Assembly: GCA_050950285.1 (NCBI GenBank)
Contig: JBMNHG010000006.1
Coordinates: 105,167 to 169,166 of the forward strand
Origin: Kiritimatiellia bacterium
GTDB lineage: Bacteria; Verrucomicrobiota; Kiritimatiellia; RFP12; JBMNHG01
DNA: 64,000 nt
Direction: 5' to 3'
In this document: positions 18,248-28,220 of the stretch, piece after piece
Position numbering within the stretch: position 1 is the stretch's first letter
Layout of the letters: each line of letters begins with the position of its first letter
The notes under the pieces: model-generated
What the model was told of the DNA's origin: nothing
What the model saw: the letters and a program-made list of their open reading frames with translations, nothing else
Databases searched by the model: none
Made by a program: the position numbers and the translations under genes

Positions 18248-19366
18248 TCAGCCGGCGCGTTCGGCGGCCCACTCGCGCATGGCGGCGACCTTCCCGTCCC
18301 ATTGCGCGGCGTCGGCACGTTCCTCGAGGAAGCCATCGTACAGCGCGAACAAGAGACTCCAAAGCTCCTCGATGGCGAGCATGCGCTCCTGGAAACAACC
18401 GACGGGATCGACCGGCTCGCACTTCGGGAGCTTCAGGGAACGGAAGGCGAATTCGGAATCGAGCGCAAGCGACCACAACCGGTTGTCGTTCGCGACGTTG
18501 ATTTTGACGCGGCGAAGCTGCTTGCCGCAGACCACGGCGGTGCCCGCCTCGCGGCTCGCGAGGGGGGCGCCTTTGCGCAGCACCGTCTCAAGGGCGCCGG
18601 AACCGGCGTCCGAGCCATCGTCGGCGGGCGCGCCGAAGAAGACGACCGGCCCTTCCATCAGGAGACCGTACTGGGTGCCGTCGTCGAGTTCGACGTCGCC
18701 GCCTTCGGTCTCCAGACGATGCCAGAGCCACGTCAGGAACTCCATGCCAAGATCCGCTTCGCCGGGCGCCATGACCTCCGGGTCGGGCGAGAAGGAGGTG
18801 GGCGCAAGGTTGCGGGCATCGAGCTGGCGGCGCTGGACGGCGAGGGTGGCGGGGGTCAGCAGGATGGGCGTATCGCCCGTGGTGTCGCGGAAGGCCCCGG
18901 TGAACCTGTCGATTCCTTTGTCGGACATCGCGCTCGCAAGGAGCAGGTTGTTCCGAAGGTCCACCACGGCCGGCATCCCCGTGAGGGTCGGCGGCATGCC
19001 CGGAAGAAGGTCTTCGATGACCCGGGCCTTGATTTCGGCGCGCACCTGGCGGGGAAGCACCACGGTGTCGCGGGCCTGCATCTCGGCCTGCTCTTCGAGC
19101 TTGCAGGTGGCCCGGAGCAGGGCCTCCGGGATTTTCCGCTCGGCCTGCATCAGCTGCACGTGGACGTAGCCGCCGGAAAGGCAGCTTTCCTCGGTGATGG
19201 CGCGATCGAGGAGATGCCGCCCGGTGACCCATCCGCGGATGGGATCGCGAACGAGTGCGCCGATGGGCGGCGCCGCGCGCGCGGCAAAACGGCCGACGAT
19301 GGAGCGGTCGTGCTCTTTCGGAAGGTGGAAGATGCGAAAACTTACGGAGCCGGTGTCAAAGGGCAT
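18248..19366 (-). CDS. rdgC: Recombination-associated protein RdgC family
   Basis: MPFDTGSVSFRIFHLPKEHDRSIVGRFAARAAPPIGAL...GYVHVQLMQAERKIPEALLRA... matches the RdgC-like N-terminus and overall length. Confidence 0.6.
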   Translation of the reverse strand: MPFDTGSVSFRIFHLPKEHDRSIVGRFAARAAPPIGALVRDPIRGWVTGRHLLDRAITEESCLSGGYVHVQLMQAERKIPEALLRATCKLEEQAEMQARDTVVLPRQVRAEIKARVIEDLLPGMPPTLTGMPAVVDLRNNLLLASAMSDKGIDRFTGAFRDTTGDTPILLTPATLAVQRRQLDARNLAPTSFSPDPEVMAPGEADLGMEFLTWLWHRLETEGGDVELDDGTQYGLLMEGPVVFFGAPADDGSDAGSGALETVLRKGAPLASREAGTAVVCGKQLRRVKINVANDNRLWSLALDSEFAFRSLKLPKCEPVDPVGCFQERMLAIEELWSLLFALYDGFLEERADAAQWDGKVAAMREWAAERAG

Positions 19367-19422
19367 GGGTTGTCTCGTGGAGGGTTTGATGTGGAATGAC
19401 AGGGAAGGGAAACGGGAGGAAA

Positions 19423-20499
19423 TCAGGCGCGACGGGCAACCTCGGCGGAATAGTCGAGGTAGAGCTTGATGGCTTCCGGCGGCACGTTGAAGGGGATGTG
19501 GTTCCCGATGCACATCATGTAGCCGCCGGACATGTTGCCCGTCTCGGCCATCGACCGCACCATCGCCTTGATTTCGCCGGGGTCGTTGCGCATCAGCACG
19601 CGGTTGTCGCCCTCGCCCGCGAGCACGCAGTTCTCGTGGCGGCGGGCGATGGCCTTGAAGTCGGTGTAGGGCTCGGTGATGAAGCCGCGCGCGCCGCAGG
19701 CCATCACGTCGTCCACGAAGGCATCCATGCAGCCGTCCACCATGAAGATCACCTCCTTGCCGGCGGCCTTGAGAAGACTCCAGTACTCCTCGTAGCGCGG
19801 GAAGACGAACTTCCGCATCCAGGCGGGGCTGCAGCAGGGGCCGCTGGTGAGAACGATGTCGTCGTGGCAAATCACGAAGTTCACTGGAAGCCGCGCGAAG
19901 GCGCGGAAGACGCGCCGGTTGATTTCCGCGAACTCGTCCATGATGCGCTCGAAATCGGGGTCGAGGCTCATCTCGAGGAAGTTCTGGTAGCCGAAGACAA
20001 GCATGGGCCACTGGAAGGTCGTGTTGTAGAAGCTCGTGGACACGCTGGAACCTTCGGGCGCCTTGTCGCCCCATTCCGCGGGGAAACGCGCGCGGTAGCG
20101 CCGGTAGATGACCTCCTCGGAGCTGTAGTCGCCATCCTCGACGATGTTCCAGCCGGTGAAATCCCCTTGCTCCAGCGGGCTGAAGGCCATCCGCTCCTCG
20201 TAGGTCTTGAAGCGGTGCGAGGCGACCTCCTGCTGCCAGTGCTCGCGATAGGCGTCGCCCCAGCGGCCATGGCTCTTGTCCGTCGCGAGCTCGGGGCGCG
20301 GAATCGGATCGTCCGTCTCGGGGATCCACAGGTTGAGTTGCGGGTAGAGTTCCTTCAACTTCAGGCGGCACTGGCGCGGATGCTCGTAGTAGTCGATGCC
20401 GGAAAGGAAGGTCTCGGCATCGGGATTCGACCAATGCTCGAAGTGCGCGATCTGCTTCGGGCCGCGCCCCATGTAGGTGTCGAAATAGATGTCGCCCAT
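19423..20499 (-). CDS. Uroporphyrinogen decarboxylase (URO-D)-like family protein
   Basis: 358 aa beginning MGDIYFDTYMGRGPKQ, with ...FVICHDDIVLTSGPCCSPAWMRKFVFPRYEEYW...VIFMVDGCMDAFVDDVMACGARGF. This resembles the URO-D/MtaA-like TIM barrel; the assignment is tentative. Confidence 0.5.
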   Translation of the reverse strand: MGDIYFDTYMGRGPKQIAHFEHWSNPDAETFLSGIDYYEHPRQCRLKLKELYPQLNLWIPETDDPIPRPELATDKSHGRWGDAYREHWQQEVASHRFKTYEERMAFSPLEQGDFTGWNIVEDGDYSSEEVIYRRYRARFPAEWGDKAPEGSSVSTSFYNTTFQWPMLVFGYQNFLEMSLDPDFERIMDEFAEINRRVFRAFARLPVNFVICHDDIVLTSGPCCSPAWMRKFVFPRYEEYWSLLKAAGKEVIFMVDGCMDAFVDDVMACGARGFITEPYTDFKAIARRHENCVLAGEGDNRVLMRNDPGEIKAMVRSMAETGNMSGGYMMCIGNHIPFNVPPEAIKLYLDYSAEVARRA

Positions 20500-20843
20500 G
20501 AGGATCTCCCCGGTCGGCGTCCGGGTCGGCGAGGTTCGATGAGGGAAAGGACGTGCAACGGAATGCCAGGGATCATAGCAGATGTCGCCTCCGGACAACA
20601 GCCGAAACGCGGCCTGTCCGAAGCGACCGGCAGGCATTCCCTTATGGGATCGCGAACGGTTGCAGGAACCGCGGGTTTCGTGTATGGTTTCCGTGCCTGG
20701 CGCACCTTCCGCGCTTCCACATCCACACCGAGGCCGTCACCCCACACGCGGCCGAAGAGCCGTGCGCCGGGCCTTGCAGGTCCGACGTGAATTCCTCCCC
20801 CGCCCATTCCGATCTCTCCTCCGCCCGGTCGCTCCGCGTGCGC

Positions 20844-21845
20844 ATGGACGAGGACGATGCCCAAATCTATACCGCCGGCTCCCTGGCCGACCTCCAGGCA
20901 TGGGCCCGGGACGGCCGCGTGGCGCCCACCAGCGAATTGTCCGTCGATGACGGGCCGTGGTGTCCGATCGCGACCTTCCGGGAACTCGCCATGGACTGGG
21001 TGGCCATCCTCCCCGACGGCGGCCTCTATGGTCCCGTCCACCGTTCCGCCCTGGAGGCGCTCCTGGCCGAAGGCTCCCTTCCCGCCGGGACCCCGCTCTT
21101 CCGCCGTTCGAGCAATGCGGCGGATTCCCGCGCCGCCCTGGAGCGCAAGGCCCGCGCCGACAGCGAAGCGCGCGTGCGCGAACTCGAAGCCGCCCTGGCC
21201 GAGGCCCGGCAGGCCCTTCGCACCGCCCGCGCCGAAGCCGAGGAAGCCCGCGGTTCCGTCCAGGCCCGCGACATCGAGGCCGGAGCCGAACGACAGGAAC
21301 ACGAGGCCGCCGTCGCCCGCCTCAACGCCGAAGCCGTGAAGCGGGACGCCCGCGCCAATGCCCTGGAACGCAAGGCGAAGGAACTCGAGGAAATCCTCCT
21401 GCAGCGCGACCGCGACGCCTCGGACCGCGAACGCCAGGTCTTCGAGGCCCGGCAGGCCCGTGCCGCCGCCGAGGAGCAGCTTTCCGGCATCCGCGAGGAA
21501 CTCGAAGCCGTCCGTGCATCCCTCGCCACGGCCCGTGGCGACGTCGCCCGGGCGCGCCGTCAGGCCAATGCCGCAAAAACCGGCTCCAAGCGCCTTCGTC
21601 TCCGCGAGGAATCCGCGCGAAAGCTCCTGCAGCAGGCCCTCTCCGCCCTCGGCGGCGACGACAAGGCCGCAGACGACGACATCCTCGACGTCGAAGTGGA
21701 CGTCGACAATGGCGACGCACCCCAGCCGGCGAACCCGTCCGCGAACGGCATCGCCATCGACGCCCTCGAGGCGCAGGCCCGCAAGGAACTCCGCCAATTC
21801 GGCGCCACCCCCTCCCACCCCACCGCCACCCCAGAAGACACCTGA
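20844..21845 (+). CDS. GYF_2 (DUF4339)-like domain protein with a long Ala/Glu/Arg coiled coil
   Basis: MDEDDAQIYTAGSLADLQAWARDGRVAPTSELSVDDGPWCPIATFRELAMDWVAILPDGGLYGPV, followed by about 200 aa of heptad-like EAR-rich sequence. Confidence 0.6.
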   Translation: MDEDDAQIYTAGSLADLQAWARDGRVAPTSELSVDDGPWCPIATFRELAMDWVAILPDGGLYGPVHRSALEALLAEGSLPAGTPLFRRSSNAADSRAALERKARADSEARVRELEAALAEARQALRTARAEAEEARGSVQARDIEAGAERQEHEAAVARLNAEAVKRDARANALERKAKELEEILLQRDRDASDRERQVFEARQARAAAEEQLSGIREELEAVRASLATARGDVARARRQANAAKTGSKRLRLREESARKLLQQALSALGGDDKAADDDILDVEVDVDNGDAPQPANPSANGIAIDALEAQARKELRQFGATPSHPTATPEDT

Positions 21846-21847
21846 CC

Positions 21848-23635
21848 ATGGATTCCGCTCCCTCCGCGCATCCCGTCCCCGGCGGCCAGAAAACCTGGTA
21901 TCTGCGACTCGCCAGCGGCGGAGTCTTCGGCCCCGTCTCGCTCGTCACCCTCGTGGACTGGGCGAAGCAAGGCCGTGTCGCCGCCGCGAACGAGGTCTCC
22001 AACGACAATGCCGCCTGGCGCCCCGCCCACAGCGTTCCCGAACTCGGCATGTCCTGGTACATCGAGGCCGCCGACGGCACCCTCCACGGCCCCTTCCACC
22101 GCGACGCCGCCGAACTCCTTGCCCAAGGAGGCCGCCTTGGCGAGAACCCGCGCGTCCTTCCCGCCGACGAGGCCGACCTCTCGAAGCTCCATCGGCCCTC
22201 CCCCGCATCCCGCAAGCCTGCGTCCTCGGACCCGCAGGACGAACTCGATTTCGGCGGCCGTCCCGCCGCCGCCGCAAAGGAAGACCCCTCCGCCCTCCTC
22301 GAGGAACGCGAATCCCTCCGCCTCCGCGTGAACGACCTCGAGGAACAGATCCGCCAGATGGTCCGCTCCGCCGAGAAGGAGGCCCGCACCCAGGAGCGCC
22401 AGAAGGAGGCTCTCCGGAAGACCATCGCCGAGCTCCGGCGCGAGCACGAGGATTTGAAGGTCGCCACCGGAACAGACGACCCCGCCTCCACCGCCGCAGC
22501 CCTCGACGAGGCCCTGGAAACGGCACGCCGCGAATTCGACGACGAAAAGGCCATGCTCGTCCAGGAAACCGACGCCCTCCGCGCGCGCATCGCCGAACTC
22601 GAAGCCGCCGCCACCGCTTCCGATGCCGCCGACAACACGCGCATCGCCGAACTCGAAGGCGAAATGGCCGCCGCAAAGGAAGAGGCCGCCGCCGCCCGCG
22701 ACGCCGCGGCGACCGCCGAGTCCGCCGTCGCCGCCGCCCGGGGCGACGCCTCCGCGCTCCGGGCGCGCATCACGGAACTCGAAGACGAGCACGGGAGACT
22801 CCGCCGGGAGTTCGCGGAACTCCTCGCCGCTTCGAACGAACGGGATTCCACCTTCCAGCGTCAACTCGAAGAAGCGAAGTCGGAAATCGAACAGACGGGC
22901 GCCGGCGAAGCCGGGCGGCAGCCCGCCCCGGCGGACCCAGGAGCGGGCCCCGCCTTGTCCGGCCGCTTCTCGATCGAACTCGCCGAATTCATCGCCGTCT
23001 TCGAGCGCGTGATCGAGGCCGAGCACGAGGAGTTCACCGCCTTCCAGGACGCGCATCTCCAGCGCCAGAGCCTCCTCCGCGAACGCATTGCCGCCTTGCA
23101 TGCCCTCCTGGATAGCGAGAGGACGGGGCAGGGCGGGGATGCGGCCGAGGCCGCGCCCGTGATCGTCAGTTCGCATGAAGCCGCGCGCCTCCGCGACGAA
23201 CTCTCGAGCCTGCGCCTCCTCCACCGGCGCGCCATGCGCGAGACGGGCGAACGCGAACGCGAACTCTCCCGCCGCGTCCGCACCCTCGAATCCAGCGAGG
23301 CCCGGCTGCAGGAGCGTCTCAACGAAAGCGAAGGAATGCGCCGCCGTGTGCAGGAACTCTCCGACCAGCTCCGCCAGAGCGAGCAGGAACTCGACCAGGA
23401 GCGACGCATGCGCAAGTTCGAGCAGGAGCAGGCCCAGCAGCACCAGGCCGAGATGGCGCGCCAGATCGAAAGCCTCCAGCGCCACAACATCGCCTCCGAG
23501 TCCATCGTGGTGAACACCGTCGACTCCGCCCTCGCCACGCCCCCCTCCGAAGCACCGCCGCCCGAGCCGACGGTCCCCCCTCCCCCGCGCCGCTTCGTCG
23601 CACCCCCCTGGATGTCGCGCCTCCGCAAAAACTAG
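21848..23635 (+). CDS. GYF_2 (DUF4339)-like tandem-domain protein with a ~450-aa coiled coil (paralog of the upstream gene)
   Basis: WYLRLASGGVFGPVSLVTLVDWAKQGRVAAANEVSNDNAAWRPAHSVPELGMSWYIEAADGTLHGPF, followed by an extended coiled coil. Confidence 0.6.
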   Translation: MDSAPSAHPVPGGQKTWYLRLASGGVFGPVSLVTLVDWAKQGRVAAANEVSNDNAAWRPAHSVPELGMSWYIEAADGTLHGPFHRDAAELLAQGGRLGENPRVLPADEADLSKLHRPSPASRKPASSDPQDELDFGGRPAAAAKEDPSALLEERESLRLRVNDLEEQIRQMVRSAEKEARTQERQKEALRKTIAELRREHEDLKVATGTDDPASTAAALDEALETARREFDDEKAMLVQETDALRARIAELEAAATASDAADNTRIAELEGEMAAAKEEAAAARDAAATAESAVAAARGDASALRARITELEDEHGRLRREFAELLAASNERDSTFQRQLEEAKSEIEQTGAGEAGRQPAPADPGAGPALSGRFSIELAEFIAVFERVIEAEHEEFTAFQDAHLQRQSLLRERIAALHALLDSERTGQGGDAAEAAPVIVSSHEAARLRDELSSLRLLHRRAMRETGERERELSRRVRTLESSEARLQERLNESEGMRRRVQELSDQLRQSEQELDQERRMRKFEQEQAQQHQAEMARQIESLQRHNIASESIVVNTVDSALATPPSEAPPPEPTVPPPPRRFVAPPWMSRLRKN

Positions 23636-23643
23636 CCACGCCC

Positions 23644-24201
23644 ATGCAAGCGAACCTCCTCTCCTACTCCGCTTCCCTCCGCGAAGCGCTCCAGGCCACC
23701 GACTACGCGATCCTCGCGCGTATCGGCGAACGCCTCCTCGCCGCCAAGGCCGCCGGAAACACCATCTACCTCATCGGGAATGGCGGAAGCGCCGCCACCG
23801 CGTCGCATGTCTGCAACGATCTCGTGAAGGGCTGCCGCGTCGATGGCCGCCCCGGCTTCAAGGCAATCTGCCTGGCCGATTCGAGCACGCTCCTCACCTG
23901 CCTGGCCAACGACTTCTCCTACGCGGACGTCTACGCCATCCTCCTGCAAACCTACGCGCGGCCCGGCGACGTCCTCATCGCCTTCAGCGGAAGCGGGAAC
24001 TCCCCGAACATCCTCGAAGGCCTCAAGGCCGCGCGGGCGCTCGGCCTCGCCACCCTGGGCTTCGGCGGCCGCGACGGCGGAAAGATGAAGGATCTTTGCG
24101 ACGAAATCCTCATCGCCCCCACGCCATCGATGGAAATGATCGAGGATCTCCACCTCGCCTGCTTCCACAACCTCGTCTGCTCGATGCGCACACGACTCTG
24201 A
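23644..24201 (+). CDS. gmhA: D-sedoheptulose-7-phosphate isomerase (SIS domain)
   Basis: YLIGNGGSAATASHVCNDL...ANDFSYADVYAILLQTYARPGDVLIAFSGSGNSPNILEGL...GRDGGKM matches conserved GmhA blocks. Confidence 0.75.
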   Translation: MQANLLSYSASLREALQATDYAILARIGERLLAAKAAGNTIYLIGNGGSAATASHVCNDLVKGCRVDGRPGFKAICLADSSTLLTCLANDFSYADVYAILLQTYARPGDVLIAFSGSGNSPNILEGLKAARALGLATLGFGGRDGGKMKDLCDEILIAPTPSMEMIEDLHLACFHNLVCSMRTRL

Positions 24202-24213
24202 GGCCCGCCCGCC

Positions 24214-25482
24214 ATGATCCAGAACACCGGCGTCGAATCGCGGCGCGCCGCGATTTTCGCACTCTCGCGCTGGCTGGCCACCGGCGAATTCCCCGACCGC
24301 CTCATCGCCGCTTCCAGCGACCACGGCTTCGTGATGGATCTGGTCTACGGCTGCGCGCGCCGCCGCCGCGAACTGGAGTGGATGCTCGCGCAGTGCGTGA
24401 AGCGGATGCCGTCCGGCGAAACCCGAGCCGCCCTCCTGGTGGGCGCCCTGCAGATCCTCCACCGGCCCTCCATCCCCGGCTACGCCGCCATCTTCGCCAC
24501 CGTCGAAGCCGCGAAACTCGCCTCCCGGCGCTCCGCAGGCTTCGTGAACGGCGTGCTCCGCTCGCTCCTCCGGCGCCGCGAGGAACTTCGCCAGGAGCTG
24601 GAAAAGCAATCGCTGGGCATCCGCACGTCCCACCCGGACGTCCTCGTGAAACGATGGGTCGAGCGCTTCGGCGGAGACGAGGCGGCACGCCTCTGCGCAT
24701 GGAACAACGAGCCCGCCTCCACCTGCCTCGCCTGCCTCCCCGGCCGCGACGCGCCGGACGCCGTGCTGGCCGCACTCGACGCCGCAGGCGTCCAGGCCGT
24801 CCCCCACTCCGCGCGGCCCGATTGCCTCGTCCTCCCCCACGGCGTCCCCCCCACCTCCCTCCCCGGCTTCGCCGAAGGCCGCTTCGTCGTGCAGGACCCC
24901 GCCACCCTCGACGCCATCGGCCTGCTCGACCTCGCCCCCGGACAGAACGTGCTCGACGCATGCGCCGCACCCGGCGGGAAGACCGTCCAAATCGCCGCCC
25001 GGCTCCGCAACTCCGGCTCGCTCCTCGCCCTCGACGTGCACGGGGATCGCCTGGCCCTCCTGCACGAAAACCTCGCGCGCTTCGGCTTCGAAAGCTTCGT
25101 CCGCTGCGGTGTCGGCGACGCCGCCGACCCGCGCTGCGAGGCCCTGGAAGACCACGCCTTCGACCGCATCCTCCTCGACGTCCCCTGCTCGAACACCGGC
25201 GTGCTGTGCCGCCGCCCCGACGCCCGCTGGCGCTTCTCCCTGCCACGCCTGGCCAAACTCCGTGCCGTCCAATCCGCCCTCCTCCGCGCCAACTTCGCAC
25301 GGCTCCGCCCCGGCGGACGCCTCGTCTATTCCACCTGCAGCCTGGAACCCGAGGAGAACCGCCTCCTCGTCGACGAGTTCCTCGCCGGCGAACCCGCCGC
25401 CCGCCTTGTCGGAACGACGGAACGCATTCCCACCCGCGACGACACCGACGGCGCCTTCGCCGCCGCAATCATACGAGACTGA
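24214..25482 (+). CDS. rsmB: 16S rRNA (cytosine-C5)-methyltransferase RsmB/Sun family
   Basis: A NusB-like N-terminus (SRRAAIFALSRWL) followed by the methyltransferase core VLDACAAPGGKT...DRILLDVPCSNTGVLCRRPD...VYSTCSLEPEEN. Confidence 0.85.
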   Translation: MIQNTGVESRRAAIFALSRWLATGEFPDRLIAASSDHGFVMDLVYGCARRRRELEWMLAQCVKRMPSGETRAALLVGALQILHRPSIPGYAAIFATVEAAKLASRRSAGFVNGVLRSLLRRREELRQELEKQSLGIRTSHPDVLVKRWVERFGGDEAARLCAWNNEPASTCLACLPGRDAPDAVLAALDAAGVQAVPHSARPDCLVLPHGVPPTSLPGFAEGRFVVQDPATLDAIGLLDLAPGQNVLDACAAPGGKTVQIAARLRNSGSLLALDVHGDRLALLHENLARFGFESFVRCGVGDAADPRCEALEDHAFDRILLDVPCSNTGVLCRRPDARWRFSLPRLAKLRAVQSALLRANFARLRPGGRLVYSTCSLEPEENRLLVDEFLAGEPAARLVGTTERIPTRDDTDGAFAAAIIRD

Positions 25483-25524
25483 CCCTTGCGCCGAACCGCT
25501 CCACCTCGCACGGAATCGAACGGC

Positions 25525-26067
25525 ATGGCGACCTCCCTCCCCCGCCCCGCCCACTCGCGGGCGGGCTTCTCGCTCGTCGAGACGCTGGTCGCGGTCGCCG
25601 TCCTGGCAGTGGTCGGAGCCATCGCCGCCAGCGCCCTCTTCGCGGTCCAACACGTCTGGGAACGCAGCGCGAGGCCCGACACCGCCGAAGGGGCCCGCGC
25701 CCTTCTCGATGCCGTCGAAGCGGACCTTTCCGCCTGCCCCGGCGGAGACGGTTTCGAAGGGGACGCCCGCTCCTGCGCCTTCCCCGTGCTACGCCCGCAA
25801 GCCGCCTTTCGCGCCCCACCCCGCCTCCGTCTCGTGCGCTACCACCTCCTGCCCGACGCCTTTGTCCGCACCGAATCGGACCTCGACGGGGAAACCGGCC
25901 TCCAATCGCGCCGCGAACCGCTCCCCGGACCCGCGCGCTTCGACTACGGTTCGCAGGGATCGGACGGAACCCTCGCCTGGACCGGCGAACTCCCCGCCGG
26001 AACCGCTGCCCCCGACGTGTTGCGGGTGGCGATCGGAAGCGTCGAGCGCCTGATTTCGCGGAGATGA
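25525..26067 (+). CDS. Prepilin-type N-terminal cleavage/methylation domain protein (minor pseudopilin)
   Basis: AHSRAGFSLVETLVAVAVLAVVGAIAASALF is the G|FSLVE class III signal. The start could alternatively be 25486. Confidence 0.7.
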   Translation: MATSLPRPAHSRAGFSLVETLVAVAVLAVVGAIAASALFAVQHVWERSARPDTAEGARALLDAVEADLSACPGGDGFEGDARSCAFPVLRPQAAFRAPPRLRLVRYHLLPDAFVRTESDLDGETGLQSRREPLPGPARFDYGSQGSDGTLAWTGELPAGTAAPDVLRVAIGSVERLISRR

Positions 26068-26071
26068 CCCG

Positions 26072-27061
26072 ATGAATCGATTGTCCAGAAACGAGGGAAG
26101 CGTCCTCCTGATCGCGGTGGTCGCGGTGGCGACCGCCGCCGCATTGGCCGTGGCCGCAGGCTTCGCCGTGCGCGGGAAGGCGCGCGCCGCCGCCGGACGA
26201 GCGCGCCGCCGGGATGGCCTGCGCCACGCGGAGGAGGCCGCTGTGCGAGCGCTGTTCGAGCGTGTCGCGGCGGACACCAACGCCTTCGACTCGCTCGACG
26301 AACCGTGGGCGCGCGAACCGTGGGAAGTCCGCGACGAAGGCTGGATTTTGCGCGTCTCCGGCGACGGATGGCGCCCGGGCGTCGGCGAGACGACCGGCTT
26401 GCGCGATGCGGAATCCCTCCTCCCGCTGAACACGGCGGACGAAAAACTGCTCCAAACGGCGGGCGTCCGCCTCGCCGGGCTGGAGCGCGCCGCCGCCGTC
26501 GCGGCGGCGCGCTCCATCGCGGCCTATCGGATCGAGCGGCGCGCCGCGATTTCCAACCGCCTGGAACGCGCAGGCGAAGAGGTCGCGCCGGCCACCAACG
26601 CACCCCCCTTCCGTGCCATGGCGGAACTGGCGTGCGTGGAAGGACTGCCCGAAGGAGCAGGGATAGCCCTGGAGCCCTGGTTCACCGCGCATGGAAGCGG
26701 AAAGCTCAACCCGAACACCGCACCAGACGCATTGCTGGAGTGCGCACTGGTTGCGGCGGGTGGCGGAGACATCGCCGCAGCCCTGCGCCTGCGCGACCGC
26801 ATCCGCAGCTTCCGCGCCGCAGGCGGAGTCTTTACCGCAGCGGACGCACCTTCCGTCGCCCGCGCCCTCGGTGGAATCCCGCCCGACGAAACCCTCCTCC
26901 TCGCCCGCGCCTGCGAAGGCTTCGAGGTGGTCTCAACCGTGTACGAAGGCGTCGCCGAAGCCCTCTCCGCTGCCGACTACCAGGCAGGCCGCCCCCCCTT
27001 CCGGCTCCGCTTCGCATGGGACAAAACCGCGGCACGCTTCCTCTGGACCATCGAGGAGTAG
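26072..27061 (+). CDS. GspK-like minor pseudopilin
   Basis: NEGSVLLIAVVAVATAAALA...DSLDEPWAREPW...GKLNPNTAPDALLECAL shows GspK hallmarks. Confidence 0.6.
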   Translation: MNRLSRNEGSVLLIAVVAVATAAALAVAAGFAVRGKARAAAGRARRRDGLRHAEEAAVRALFERVAADTNAFDSLDEPWAREPWEVRDEGWILRVSGDGWRPGVGETTGLRDAESLLPLNTADEKLLQTAGVRLAGLERAAAVAAARSIAAYRIERRAAISNRLERAGEEVAPATNAPPFRAMAELACVEGLPEGAGIALEPWFTAHGSGKLNPNTAPDALLECALVAAGGGDIAAALRLRDRIRSFRAAGGVFTAADAPSVARALGGIPPDETLLLARACEGFEVVSTVYEGVAEALSAADYQAGRPPFRLRFAWDKTAARFLWTIEE

Positions 27062-27085
27062 CACGCGCGCGAATCCGGACGCGGG

Positions 27086-28015
27086 CTACAGCTCGTCCAG
27101 GGCGAGAATCGCAAAGGCCGTCTCCGGAACGGCCCCGGCCGCCCAATCCGCAGCCCGCGCGTCCTCCCCGCCCTGCCAATAGCCTGCCCCCGGATGTTCC
27201 GGATCCACCCGCTGCTCCGCCACAAGGCGGCCCGCCACCTCTTCGCGCCATGGCAACCGCATGGCGGTGTCAGCGTCAACAAGGATGCCGTTGCAACAGA
27301 CGTTCAGAAAGTGCGCAAGGAACCAACGCTGCCGGCACGCCCCGTATCCGGAGTCGACGGGCATCCCCCCTTTTTGGAAGGCAGAGGCCAGTTCCGCAGC
27401 CAGCGCCTCCCGCACGGAGGGGCGTTGCCCAGCCTCCGCCGGGAGGGAAAGCGAAAAGGCGAGACGCTCCAGCCACCCTTCCGGCAAAACCCCCTCCGAA
27501 GGCGACCGCAGCGGCGCGCCGTTTTCGATGCGGGAGAGATTCTCCACCGCCCATGCCGGCAGGGGAAGGTCTTCCTCCACATCGGCCGGTTCCTCCTCGG
27601 GCACGGCCTCCCCGGACACGACAAGCGCCAGGCGACGCCAGGCCCGCTCTTCCGGCAAGGCCGCCGCAAGGGTTTCGTCGGGCAAGCCGCGCAACCAGGC
27701 GATCGCTCGCATGGACGCCGCGACATCGGCCTCCCCTCCCCCGCCCAGCGCCAGTGCGGCGAGCGCCGTGGCGCCACACGCGTTGGTCGACTCCCACGCG
27801 CCATTTTCAAGCTGCGTCGCCACCAGCCAACGGCGCGCCCTCGCGGAAGCCGCATCCATCTCGTTCCGGACCGAAAGCCCCACCCGCCCGTCCGGCTGAT
27901 AGCGGAAGGAACCCACCAGCTGCGCCCCGGCCCAGCCGCAGGCAAGCCACAGGCCGACCCCCGCGGAGAGGGCGGTCAGGGGAAGGCGATGACGAGAAGG
28001 CAGTGAGCGGTTCAT
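27086..28015 (-). CDS. Prenyltransferase / squalene-oxidase-repeat-like protein with an N-terminal TM or signal segment
   Basis: MNRSLPSRHRLPLTALSAGVGLWLACGWA...RWLVATQLENGAWESTNACGATALAALAL has the Q..nGaW repeat. Confidence 0.5.
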   Translation of the reverse strand: MNRSLPSRHRLPLTALSAGVGLWLACGWAGAQLVGSFRYQPDGRVGLSVRNEMDAASARARRWLVATQLENGAWESTNACGATALAALALGGGGEADVAASMRAIAWLRGLPDETLAAALPEERAWRRLALVVSGEAVPEEEPADVEEDLPLPAWAVENLSRIENGAPLRSPSEGVLPEGWLERLAFSLSLPAEAGQRPSVREALAAELASAFQKGGMPVDSGYGACRQRWFLAHFLNVCCNGILVDADTAMRLPWREEVAGRLVAEQRVDPEHPGAGYWQGGEDARAADWAAGAVPETAFAILALDEL

Positions 28016-28220
28016 CCATGCGATTGAACCAGCGTATCGCCGGAATGGAAAGTCTTTTTTGGCCATTCCCCACTTTCGGATGGACCGCAAGCGGGAGTTC
28101 CCGTTTCGCAATCCCCGTTTGACACCGTCGGCGTCCGTGGAGTATGCTCGCCGTCGTTGCCGGGCGGCGCCTGCGTCGCCCGGCGGAGTGGCGACGGAGA
28201 CCGCGAAAAGGAAGTACGAC

